DNA of 64,000 nucleotides from Alphaproteobacteria bacterium (GTDB lineage Bacteria; Pseudomonadota; Alphaproteobacteria; Rickettsiales; SXRF01): NCBI GenBank assembly GCA_020049775.1, contig JAGVLO010000006.1, positions 2,666 to 66,665 of the forward strand, read 5' to 3'. Shown piece by piece: positions 55,910 to 64,000 of this stretch (position 1 is its first letter; each line of letters starts with the position of its first letter). The notes under the pieces were generated by a model. It saw only the letters and a program-made list of their open reading frames with translations, ran no database searches and was not told where the DNA came from. The position numbers and the translations under genes were made by a program.

Positions 55910-56926
55910 TTACGGCAAATATTCGACATCGACAAGCACTGATTCGTTCTCAGGCAGCGGAAATGCAATAGCAGTCGGGTTGCCGTTCATGGTTTTTAGG
56001 AATACGGGGGGTACGACCAATGTGCGTACACTGCCTTTGGTCATTCCCAGTACACCCTGTTCAAGACCAATAAAAACTTCGGATTTCCCGGGCGTAAAAC
56101 TTACGCCGCCTGTGATTTTAGGAACAGGTGCAGCATTGTTACTAGCTGAATTTTCAGGAGTGTTCCCAGTAGCGGGTGGTGTTTTTGGCTCAGGTTCGGC
56201 TTTTTCCTGAACCAATGGTGGGCTGGTATATAATTTCTTACCGTCTAAATCCCATATTATGATGTTAAAACGAGCCTGCTGGCCACAGATGAGGGCGTCA
56301 CCTGAAAAACGCTGAATATTAGCTATACGGTAAGGAATGCTGTCTGGGTCAGGCAATGCCGGACTCACAGAAATAAGTTCCATCTCAAAACGAAAATTTC
56401 CGTTTATCGTTGCCTTCGGGTGTTTAAATTCTTCGCTTCCATATGCCATGCTTGGCGGGGAAAACAGAGTTCTTTTTCCGCCTACGTGCATACCAATGAT
56501 ACCGTGTTCGAGCGCAGGCATGGCCATTTTATGACCAATTTTAAAGCGGAATGGTTTTGCCTTCGTACCTATTTCTTCAACTATTGTGTTATCATCCTGG
56601 AATGATTTGTATGCTACCTCAGCCTCCTGGCCACATATAGCAAGCGATCCATCACCTATTGCAGTGTCGCTCATTTTTAACACTGCATTATAGTCAGGAA
56701 ACAATCTCCGCTTGTACTCAGAAATATCAATTACCTTTTGTGAGCGCAGGGATTCGCTAGCCTCATCCAAGGCTTTTTGGGTGGGATTGTAATTTTTTTT
56801 ATCAGCATTCATTTGCGAGCCTTGTATGGCGAGATAAAGGACAACAAATGCTATAAGCCACTTCAGCCAATTTGGCATGGGATGTGGATTTTTTTCATGC
56901 TTGCGAAATATTCTACCGAAGAGCAT
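55910..56926 (-). CDS. Membrane-anchored FKBP-type peptidyl-prolyl cis-trans isomerase (two FKBP-like domains).
   Basis: N-terminal TM helix. ALEHGIIGMHVGGKRTLFSPPSMAYG and GLEQGVLGMTKGSVRTLVVPP match the FKBP G.eegl.gMkvGgkR.l.iPp motif. Confidence 0.7.
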   Translation of the reverse strand: MLFGRIFRKHEKNPHPMPNWLKWLIAFVVLYLAIQGSQMNADKKNYNPTQKALDEASESLRSQKVIDISEYKRRLFPDYNAVLKMSDTAIGDGSLAICGQEAEVAYKSFQDDNTIVEEIGTKAKPFRFKIGHKMAMPALEHGIIGMHVGGKRTLFSPPSMAYGSEEFKHPKATINGNFRFEMELISVSPALPDPDSIPYRIANIQRFSGDALICGQQARFNIIIWDLDGKKLYTSPPLVQEKAEPEPKTPPATGNTPENSASNNAAPVPKITGGVSFTPGKSEVFIGLEQGVLGMTKGSVRTLVVPPVFLKTMNGNPTAIAFPLPENESVLVDVEYLP

Positions 56927-56985
56927 AGCAAACCTGAACGCGTGTTTTCCTACATTATGCTGCTTTAGTGTGTGGCAGCCGTAGG

Positions 56986-58089
56986 CTAGTTGTTGAACCT
57001 GAAATGCAGCACGTCACCATCTTGTACACTATATTCTTTGCCTTCCAAACGAAATTTTCCAGCTTCCTTAGCGCCTTGCTCGCCGCTGAACTGGACATAG
57101 TCGCCGTAAGCAATCGTTTCGGCGCGGATAAAGCCTTTTTCAAAATCGGTATGGATAACACCGGCGGCGGCAGGCGCTTGCGTACCCTTGGTAACAGTCC
57201 ATGCGCGCGCTTCCTTGGGGCCGACGGTGAAATAGGTGATAAGGTCGAGCAGGCTGTAACCTGCCTGTATGATGCGCGACAGGCCAGTTTGCACCAAACC
57301 GATAGAAGAAAGGAATTCCTTTTTTTCTTCTTCGCTTGCGAGCATGGCGATTTCCGCTTCGATGCGTGCAGAAATCACTACGCATGGGGCTTTACGCGTT
57401 TTGGCCATGGCTTCTACCTTGGTGGATAGCGCATTGCCTTTGGCGGCGCTGTCTTCATCCACATTGCATACATACATGACCGGTTTGCTGGTAAGCAGTT
57501 GCAGCAGTTTGAACTGGCGTCGTTCGGCGGCGTCCTTTAATGCGGTTTCGCGCGCGGGTTTACCTTCGGCAACAACGGTGAGTACACGCTCCATGATTGC
57601 CACTTGTTCACTGGATTCCTTGTCGCCGCCTTTGGCTTTTTTCTGTAAGGCAGGGAGGCGTTTTTCAATACTCTCAAGGTCGGCCAGCACCAGTTCTGTT
57701 TCAATGATTTCGCTGTCACGCATGGGGTCAACGCTACCTTCGACATGGGTGATGTTGCCGTCTTCAAAGCAGCGCAGCACGTAGATAATCGCATCGACTT
57801 CGCGGATGTGCGACAAAAACTGGTTACCCAGTCCTTCGCCTTTGCTGGCACCGCGCACCAAGCCTGCGATATCAACGAATTCCAGCTGTGTAGGAATAAT
57901 CTGTGCAGAACCGGCAATGGTGGCCAGCTTGTCCAAACGGTTATCTGGTACGCTGACGCGCCCGACATTGGGTTCAATGGTGCAGAAAGGATAGTTGGCC
58001 GCTTCTGCTTGCATGGTGGACAGTAGCGCATTGAACAATGTCGATTTACCTACGTTCGGCAGGCCGACAATACCGCATTTAAAACCCAT
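56986..58089 (-). CDS. ychF: Redox-regulated ATPase YchF (Obg-like).
   Basis: [22 protein letters not shown]...[11 protein letters not shown]...FVDIAGLV...full-length YchF with a C-terminal TGS-like domain. Confidence 0.95.
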   Translation of the reverse strand: MGFKCGIVGLPNVGKSTLFNALLSTMQAEAANYPFCTIEPNVGRVSVPDNRLDKLATIAGSAQIIPTQLEFVDIAGLVRGASKGEGLGNQFLSHIREVDAIIYVLRCFEDGNITHVEGSVDPMRDSEIIETELVLADLESIEKRLPALQKKAKGGDKESSEQVAIMERVLTVVAEGKPARETALKDAAERRQFKLLQLLTSKPVMYVCNVDEDSAAKGNALSTKVEAMAKTRKAPCVVISARIEAEIAMLASEEEKKEFLSSIGLVQTGLSRIIQAGYSLLDLITYFTVGPKEARAWTVTKGTQAPAAAGVIHTDFEKGFIRAETIAYGDYVQFSGEQGAKEAGKFRLEGKEYSVQDGDVLHFRFNN

Positions 58090-58133
58090 AACTAATTATC
58101 CTAACTGATTTTCTGGCTAACTATTCCGCCCAA

Positions 58134-58715
58134 TTATTCTGTTTGTGTCGCGAGGACGACCTTGTTCATAAAACCTGCATCGTCGCCTTGCAAGAGCAAT
58201 GGCAGGTGTTTTGAAATTTCTTCCAGCCACAGTTCTATCAGCTTGCGTTCATCTTTCCTGAAATCCGACAGCACATAGTCCGACACCATGTCCTTGTCGC
58301 CGGGATGGCCGATGCCAAGGCGCACGCGCCAGTAATCCTTGCCGATATGGGCATCGATGCTTTTAAGCCCGTTATGGCCTCCGTTACCGCCGCCCTTCTT
58401 GACACGGATTTTGCCCAACGGAAGGTCCAACTCGTCATGGAATACAATGACGTTTTCCGGTTCGATTTTATAAAAGCTTACGGCCTCGCCTGTTGGCACA
58501 CCGGATGTGTTCATGTACCCCATGGGCTTGAATGCAAAGATCTTGCCTGCGGTGGTGGAGGATGTTTCGCCTATCATGCCGCCAAATTTGCGGGCGGCAG
58601 TTGAAAAGCCATACATCTCCATGATGCGGTCGATGGCCATGAATCCGATATTGTGGCGGTGTCCGGAATATGACTTTCCCGGATTACCTAGCCCAACGAG
58701 GAGTTTCATGGCCAT
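58134..58715 (-). CDS. pth: Peptidyl-tRNA hydrolase.
   Basis: LLVGLGNPG..Y..HRHNIGFM...VFHDELDLPLGKIRVKKGGGNGGHNGLKSI. Confidence 0.95.
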   Translation of the reverse strand: MAMKLLVGLGNPGKSYSGHRHNIGFMAIDRIMEMYGFSTAARKFGGMIGETSSTTAGKIFAFKPMGYMNTSGVPTGEAVSFYKIEPENVIVFHDELDLPLGKIRVKKGGGNGGHNGLKSIDAHIGKDYWRVRLGIGHPGDKDMVSDYVLSDFRKDERKLIELWLEEISKHLPLLLQGDDAGFMNKVVLATQTE

Positions 58716-58738
58716 CGGCAGTAAAGTGCAAAGCCAGA

Positions 58739-59491
58739 TTATTTCTTGCCTTCAGGCTTCTTGGCATCGTCCTTTTTGGCAGCACCCGCAGCAGCTGGAG
58801 CAGCAGCACCCGCAGCCGGAGCGGCAGCGCCTGCAGCCGGAGCAGCAGCGCCCGCAGCAGCCGTAGCATCTGCAGCAACTGGTTTAACTTCTTCTTCTTC
58901 AGCACGACGGCCTGCGATGGTTGCAACGGTGAAGTTGCGCTTGATCACCGGTGTAATGCCCTTCGGCAGGGTGATATCGTTGATATGCACGCTGCTGCCG
59001 ATATCGAGGGCCTGTACGTTGATTTCAATATGCGTGGGGATAGCATCCGGAACGCAGAGGAATTCGATTTCGTGGCGCACGATATTGAGTACACCGCCGC
59101 GCTTCAGACCAACCGACTTTTCCTGGCCGGATATCTTTACCGGTACCATTACATTCAGCTTGGTGCTTGCATCGACCTTGATGAAATCGACATGTTCAAT
59201 GATGTCGGTCACCGGGTGGAACTGCAGGTCTTTCGGCAGTGCCTGAACGGTTTTCCCGTCATCGAGCTTGATGTTGATTAGGCGGCTGCGGAAACGGCCA
59301 CGCGCATATTCCAGCGAGACTTCCTTCAGCGGCAGCGCGATGCTGACCGGAGTCTGCCCCTTGCCATAAAGGATGCCGGGGATTTTACCATCGCGGCGCA
59401 GGGCGCGCGCTGCGCCTTTGCCGTGGTCTTTGCGTACGCTTGCTGGCAGGGTAGCCAGTGTTTTGGTTGCAGTAGTCATAGTTTTCTCCAT
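58739..59491 (-). CDS. rplY: 50S ribosomal protein L25 / general stress protein Ctc with an Ala/Pro-rich repetitive C-terminal tail.
   Basis: R...GKGAARALRRDGKIPGILYG...FHPVTD.IEHVDF. The tail is AAGAAAP x3 followed by KKDDAKKPEGKK. Confidence 0.9.
   Translation of the reverse strand: MEKTMTTATKTLATLPASVRKDHGKGAARALRRDGKIPGILYGKGQTPVSIALPLKEVSLEYARGRFRSRLINIKLDDGKTVQALPKDLQFHPVTDIIEHVDFIKVDASTKLNVMVPVKISGQEKSVGLKRGGVLNIVRHEIEFLCVPDAIPTHIEINVQALDIGSSVHINDITLPKGITPVIKRNFTVATIAGRRAEEEEVKPVAADATAAAGAAAPAAGAAAPAAGAAAPAAAGAAKKDDAKKPEGKK
58781..58866. repeat. Imperfect 21-nt tandem repeats (x3-4) encoding the AAGAAAP tail of L25.
   Basis: Read directly: gcagcacccgcagcagctgga / gcagcagcacccgcagccgga / gcggcagcgcctgcagccgga / gcagcagcgcccgcagcagcc. 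Confidence 0.7.
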
Positions 59492-59510
59492 TCATTCATC
59501 ATTATTCAGT

Positions 59511-60446
59511 TTAATCAAAAAGACTCGATACCGAGGTTTCCTCGCTGATGCGCCGGATTGCTTCGGCAAGCAGCGGGGCTACGGAAACCACGCGGATATT
59601 CTTTGTATTACGGATGCTATCAGGCGCCATGATGGTGTCGGTGACGACCAGTGAACTGAGTACTGAGTTCTGCACGCGTTCAACGGCCTTGCCGGATAAC
59701 ACGCCGTGGGTGACATAAGCGGCTACTGAAAGCGCACCAGCATCCATCAAGGCTTGGGCGGCATTGCAAAGCGTGCCGGCGGAATCCACGATATCATCGA
59801 GCAGGATGCAGTCGCGGCCCTTGATTTCGCCGATGATGTTCATTACTTCCGAAACACCGGCATGTTCGCGGCGTTTGTCCACGATGGCGAGGTCGGCATT
59901 CAGGCGTTTGGCCAATGCACGGGCGCGCACCACGCCGCCGACGTCGGGCGATACCACCACGATATTTTCGGGATCTTTGTAGTGTTTCCTGATGTCGGCT
60001 ACAATGACAGGCGCAGCATATAGATGGTCGAGCGGAATATCAAAAAAGCCCTGTATCTGGCCTGCATGCAGGTCAACGGTCAGCACGCGGTTGGCGCCGG
60101 CGGCGGTAATGATGTTGGCCACCAGCTTGGCGGTAATCGGCGTGCGCGAACCCATCTTGCGGTCCTGCCTTGCATAGCCGTAATAAGGAATGACTGCGGT
60201 AATACGGCGTGCTGAAGCGCGGCGCAGCGCATCAAGGCACACCAGCAGCTCCATAATATTGTCGTTGGCCGGATAGGAGGTGGACTGCACAACGAACACA
60301 TCTTCGCCGCGGACGTTTTCGTTGATTTCCACGAACACTTCCATATCGGCAAAGCGCTTCACGCTGGCATTGGCCAGCGGCACATTGAGGTAATCCCCCA
60401 TAGCCTTGGCCAGCGGTACGTTGCTATTACATGCAATAATTTTCAT
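59511..60446 (-). CDS. prs: Ribose-phosphate pyrophosphokinase.
   Basis: [24 protein letters not shown]...[10 protein letters not shown]...[12 protein letters not shown]...[10 protein letters not shown]. Confidence 0.95.
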   Translation of the reverse strand: MKIIACNSNVPLAKAMGDYLNVPLANASVKRFADMEVFVEINENVRGEDVFVVQSTSYPANDNIMELLVCLDALRRASARRITAVIPYYGYARQDRKMGSRTPITAKLVANIITAAGANRVLTVDLHAGQIQGFFDIPLDHLYAAPVIVADIRKHYKDPENIVVVSPDVGGVVRARALAKRLNADLAIVDKRREHAGVSEVMNIIGEIKGRDCILLDDIVDSAGTLCNAAQALMDAGALSVAAYVTHGVLSGKAVERVQNSVLSSLVVTDTIMAPDSIRNTKNIRVVSVAPLLAEAIRRISEETSVSSLFD

Positions 60447-60497
60447 TCACACCCTCAACTTAAACACCCTGGCTCAAAACCAAAAATTGGTCTCAAT

Positions 60498-60521
60498 TCA
60501 AAAATCTGGTCAAAAATCTGG
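60498..60521. repeat. Perfect tandem 12-mer TCAAAAATCTGG x2 (a degenerate third copy lies just upstream in plus-strand coordinates) in the prs upstream region.
   Basis: Read directly at 60498..60509 and 60510..60521, 50-75 nt upstream of the prs ATG (minus strand). Confidence 0.6.
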
Positions 60522-60675
60522 ACAAAGCATGGCCTTCATTTGCTTTTCACCAAATGAATCCGTTGGGAGATGGCCCAATCGCCGCCAAATCAGATTAAGG
60601 CGCGCAATCTACCAAGGCTGCGGGTAATTGTAAATGGCTAAATGACAGGTTTTTGCGGTCGGTTTCCGCCCTAAT

Positions 60676-62412
60676 TCAAGTCAAGGGGGTGTTCGGTATA
60701 ACCATATGGGAAACCTCATTTTCTGAGGCACGGGTGAGGGCGTAGTCTTCGGCACGGAACATATCAATGATACGGCTTATTTCCATATCGGCCACCCCGA
60801 TGGACTTAAGCAATGCGCTACCCATGGACAGAGATGTCTCAAACATTTCAGCAATGGCGAGTGTCGCGCCGGCTCTTTCCAGTTTCTGCACCTGCTCCAG
60901 ATTTTTGGCGCGTGCGATGATGGGAATATCGTGATTTATGTCGCGGACGGTCTGAATGGTTTGCAGCGCTACCCGCACATCGGCATGGGTGATGATAATG
61001 GCGCGCGCGCGGTGGATACCTAGTGCGTTCAGGACATGCAGGCGCGTGGTGTCGCCGTAATATACAGGTGTGCCGGATTTTCGTTCACGCGCGACAAGGA
61101 ACGAATCCATGTCGATAGCGACAAAAGTGATGCTTTCAGTTTCCAGTAATTGCGCGACGGTGTGACCGACACGGCCATAGCCGCTGATGATGACATGGTG
61201 AGTGAGGTCAATCGTTTCGTCAATCATGCTTTCCGGCCGCGAGATGGCGTATTTCTCAAGCGCCAGCGCAGTGCGCTTGCCAATTTGCGCGATAATAGGG
61301 GTGAGTGCCATACTTACGGTAATTACTACCAGAAGTATTTGCGATATTTCTTTTCCCAACACTTCCTGTGCGGCGGGCAGGGTGAACAACACAAAGGCGA
61401 ACTCGCCGCCCTGTGATAACAGCAGCCCGGTTTGCAGAGCGGTGCTGAGCGAAAAGCCAAACACGCGGCACAACGCCATGATGATTACTGTTTTTAAGAA
61501 CATCAGCGCAAAAGTCAGGCCGATGATGGTGCCGAAGCTTGCCACCAGCATTTCTATGTTCAACGACATGCCCACCGTCATGAAGAACAAACCCATGAAC
61601 AGGCCTTTGTATGGCAATATGTCGGATTCGACCTGTGGCTTGAACTCCGTTTCGGCGACCAGCAACCCTGCCATGAATGCACCCAGCGCGGGAGAAAGGC
61701 CCGCTTCTCCGGTTAGCCACGCCACGCCAAGCACCACGAAAAGTGTGGTGGCGGAAAACAGGTCGGTATTTTCCAATGAGGCAATAAAGCGAAAGAACGG
61801 GCGCAGCAGCATGCGTCCGGCTATGAAAATAAAAAACAACGCTAATACGGCGTTGAATGCGGTGTCGGTGAGCGCATCGGCCAGCGGTCTGCTTTCGTCA
61901 CTCAATCGCGAAACGAATACGAGCAGCGGGATAACGGCAAGGTCCTGCAGGATGAGTATGGCAAGTGATAGCCGCCCCACCTGTGAAGACTTTTCCCCTT
62001 GGTCGGCAATTACCTGAAGCACGATGGCGGTTGAAGAAAGCGCCAAACCGCCGCCGATGATGATAGCGGCTTGCGTACTTCCACCAAGCCCCATGAAGAA
62101 TGCGGCGAATAAACCGGCAGTAATGAATGTTTGCGCCCCGCCAAAGCCGAACACATGTTTTCGCATACTACCCAGCCTGCCGAGTGACAACTCAAGGCCA
62201 ATCATGAACATCAGGAAAATCACACCGAAATCTGCAAAGGCCGAAGACTTGTCCACGTCCTTGATGAGAGCCAGCCCAAAGGGGCCAATGGCTGTGCCTG
62301 CTACAAGATAGCCCAGTACCGGACTAAGGCGTAGCGCCCGGAACACGGCGACAATCATCACAGCGGCGCAAAGCAGTATTACAATTTCAATCAGATGTTC
62401 GGATTCATGCAT
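60676..62412 (-). CDS. CPA2-family monovalent cation:proton antiporter / K+ efflux protein (KefB/KefC-like) with a C-terminal RCK (TrkA-N) domain.
   Basis: ~380 aa of TM helices followed by HVIISGYGRVGHTVAQLL (GxGxxG Rossmann fold). Confidence 0.8.
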   Translation of the reverse strand: MHESEHLIEIVILLCAAVMIVAVFRALRLSPVLGYLVAGTAIGPFGLALIKDVDKSSAFADFGVIFLMFMIGLELSLGRLGSMRKHVFGFGGAQTFITAGLFAAFFMGLGGSTQAAIIIGGGLALSSTAIVLQVIADQGEKSSQVGRLSLAILILQDLAVIPLLVFVSRLSDESRPLADALTDTAFNAVLALFFIFIAGRMLLRPFFRFIASLENTDLFSATTLFVVLGVAWLTGEAGLSPALGAFMAGLLVAETEFKPQVESDILPYKGLFMGLFFMTVGMSLNIEMLVASFGTIIGLTFALMFLKTVIIMALCRVFGFSLSTALQTGLLLSQGGEFAFVLFTLPAAQEVLGKEISQILLVVITVSMALTPIIAQIGKRTALALEKYAISRPESMIDETIDLTHHVIISGYGRVGHTVAQLLETESITFVAIDMDSFLVARERKSGTPVYYGDTTRLHVLNALGIHRARAIIITHADVRVALQTIQTVRDINHDIPIIARAKNLEQVQKLERAGATLAIAEMFETSLSMGSALLKSIGVADMEISRIIDMFRAEDYALTRASENEVSHMVIPNTPLT

Positions 62413-62802
62413 GGATTTATTTTGACTCTAATGAGGTTAGAAAAGTATAAACATGCAGTGATAAATATATGTAAAGTTGCGGATAAGTTGGGATACGGGA
62501 AGCGTTTCCGTGTTAAGAATTACCCAAGGCAATCCCTGACTCTTTGTACACAAGGCCAAGGAATCGCCGTATATGCAGGTAAAAAAACCCTTAAAATGCT
62601 TGACGGCACATCAACAACTTAAAAATTATATAATTAAAACAAAATGTTAAATAATTGCCTAAATATTGTGCAACGACGGCAAAACCTAGGTGTCCTGTGT
62701 CATTTTTAGTGAAAATGGACAGTTGCCAACAAAGTTATCCACAGGTTTCGTGGATTATTTTTGCCACGTTGAAAACACATAAATTGGCGGTAGATTGAAC
62801 CC

Positions 62803-64000
62803 ATGGAAACTCCTCAACTATCTCCGTCACTTGCTGAAGGCCGCAACGTTATCAAACGTTATTGTGATGGACTGCCGCATACCCCGGGTGTGTACAGAAT
62901 GATCGATACGAATGGGAATGTGCTGTATGTCGGCAAAGCGAAGAGCTTGCGCAACCGTGTGTCGTCATACATCAACACAGCCGCGCTGAACGGGCGTTTG
63001 CAGCGGATGGTAGCGCAGACAGCATCCATGGAGATTGTCACCACGCGTTCCGAGGTGGAGGCGTTGCTTCTGGAAGCCAACCTAATCAAAAAATTTTCGC
63101 CGCGCTACAACATTCTTCTCAAAGACGACAAATCTTTTCCTTACATTTTTTTCTCGGGCGATAGCGAATATCCTAGGATTTCTAAGCATCGCGGCCCGAA
63201 AACAAAAAAGGGAAAATATTTCGGACCCTTTGTTTCCGCACATGCGGTGGATGACACTATCACGCTTTTGCAGAAAGCATTTTTACTCCGCCCCTGTGCT
63301 GACAGTATTTTCAAACACCGCACACGTCCCTGTCTGCAATTCCAGATAAAACGCTGCAGTGCGCCATGCGTAAATAAAATAACTCCTGAGCAATATGACG
63401 AGTTGGTTAAGCAGGCGCAGGCATTTCTTTCCGGAAAAAGCCGCCAGATTCAGGATGCGCTGGTGACCGAGATGCAGGAACTAAGCCTGAAGATGGATTA
63501 TGAGAAGGCCAGCACAATCCGCGACCGTATCCGCGCGATCACCCAGATGCAGCAGCAACAGGGTATGATTACTGGCGCGGTGGGTGATGCCGATATCATT
63601 GCCTGCGAACGTAATGAGACGGAAGCTTGCATACAGCTTTTCAGTTTCCGCGGCGGCCGCAATTACGGCAACCGTACCTGGTTTCCCGCGCATACGGCTG
63701 GGTTCAGCGAAGCAGAGATTATTGCCAAGTTCATGGGCATTTATTACCAGACGCAGCCGGTGCCGCCGCTGATTCTGGTTAGCCATGTGCTTGAAGAATC
63801 GGAACTGATTGAAGAAGCGCTACGTCTGAATACCGATTACAAGGTCGAGGTGGCGCACCCGCTGCGCGGTGACAAACGTGAATTGCTGGAGCAGGTGCTG
63901 CGCAATGCGCGAGAAGGTCTGGTGCGGCATATGTCCATGAATGCATCGCAGCGTGTGGTGATGGAGGGTGTGCAGAAACTATTTGGTCTGGATGATATTC
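62803..64000 (+). CDS. uvrC: Excinuclease ABC subunit C; the 3' end runs off the window. Not in the ORF track because no stop codon is reached.
   Basis: My translation from ATG 62803: METPQLSPSLAEGRNVIKRYCDGLPHTPGVYRMIDTNGNVLYVGKAKSLRNRVSSYI... (GIY-YIG nuclease N-terminus), then ...LEANLIKKFSPRYNILLKDDKSFPYI... and later ...DRIRAITQMQQQQ (UVR-domain region). Confidence 0.85.
   Translation, partial: METPQLSPSLAEGRNVIKRYCDGLPHTPGVYRMIDTNGNVLYVGKAKSLRNRVSSYINTAALNGRLQRMVAQTASMEIVTTRSEVEALLLEANLIKKFSPRYNILLKDDKSFPYIFFSGDSEYPRISKHRGPKTKKGKYFGPFVSAHAVDDTITLLQKAFLLRPCADSIFKHRTRPCLQFQIKRCSAPCVNKITPEQYDELVKQAQAFLSGKSRQIQDALVTEMQELSLKMDYEKASTIRDRIRAITQMQQQQGMITGAVGDADIIACERNETEACIQLFSFRGGRNYGNRTWFPAHTAGFSEAEIIAKFMGIYYQTQPVPPLILVSHVLEESELIEEALRLNTDYKVEVAHPLRGDKRELLEQVLRNAREGLVRHMSMNASQRVVMEGVQKLFGLDDI

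Noticed and set aside
58670-59281. Plus-strand ORFs (58670..59281, 58746..59246) and the 58684..58926 minus-strand ORF over the rplY tail. Also considered whether the GCAGC-rich repeats are a CRISPR-like array.
   Set aside because: They lie antisense or out of frame to a canonical L25/Ctc gene and are driven by the Ala/Pro codon repeats. The repeats are 21-nt coding tandem repeats without spacers, so this is not a CRISPR array.
62735-62743. The DnaA-box consensus as evidence for the chromosomal origin (oriC).
   Set aside because: There is a single perfect box plus one degenerate copy, and I could not identify an AT-rich unwinding element with 13-mers. None of the usual oriC neighbours (dnaA, dnaN, hemE, parAB, gidAB) is present. 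It is more likely a regulatory site or a chance occurrence.

Overview
This 64-kb window looks like a mid-GC proteobacterial chromosome, roughly 45-50% GC by eye. An alphaproteobacterium is likely: ychF-pth-rplY(ctc)-prs cluster, SURF1, ubiA, M32/M16 peptidases. This taxonomic call is inference. I found no rRNA genes, CRISPR arrays or transposases.

(1) nt 1-8261 is the right-hand part of an integrative island inserted at the 3' end of tRNA-Ser(UGA).
- Backbone: tyrosine integrase, a small ORF, an excisionase/AlpA-like HTH, and a Prim-Pol + DUF3987-type primase/helicase.
- Cargo: a SIR2-APAZ gene plus a short (PIWI-inactive) prokaryotic Argonaute, i.e. a SPARSA-type defence operon truncated at the left window edge.
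- The island holds a 14-mer in three copies in and after the primase gene, and a dense repeat array between int and the tRNA.

(2) nt 8.3-13.5 kb is a low-GC accessory cluster: two tandem arylsulfotransferase-like beta-propeller paralogs, an N-terminal fragment of a third, a PAPS-type sulfotransferase and small membrane proteins.

(3) nt 19-32 kb is rich in large secreted or eukaryote-like hypothetical proteins:
- a legumain/caspase-fold-like peptidase;
- a multi-HTH protein;
- a 1068-aa coiled-coil + subtilisin/P-domain protein;
- an orphan response regulator;
- a lipase-like protein with Cys in place of the nucleophile Ser.

(4) The rest is mostly housekeeping: dcp-like M3 peptidase, rpmE, purT, ubiA, rsmE, gshA-type ligase, thrC, peroxiredoxin, trxB, aminotransferase, ychF, pth, rplY, prs, a CPA2 antiporter and uvrC (3' partial), plus tRNA-Met(CAU) and tRNA-Thr(UGU).

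The most unusual signal is two isolated single-gene cassettes, 38005..38334 and 54091..54456, both on the minus strand.
- Their codons are almost completely G/C-ending, while their amino-acid composition is ordinary.
- Each has its own SD and a related GC-rich terminator.
- One is bracketed by an 11-bp direct repeat beside tRNA-Thr.
- I cannot assign either protein to a family.

Coordinates I derived by hand (tRNAs, repeats, motifs) may be off by 1-2 nt.
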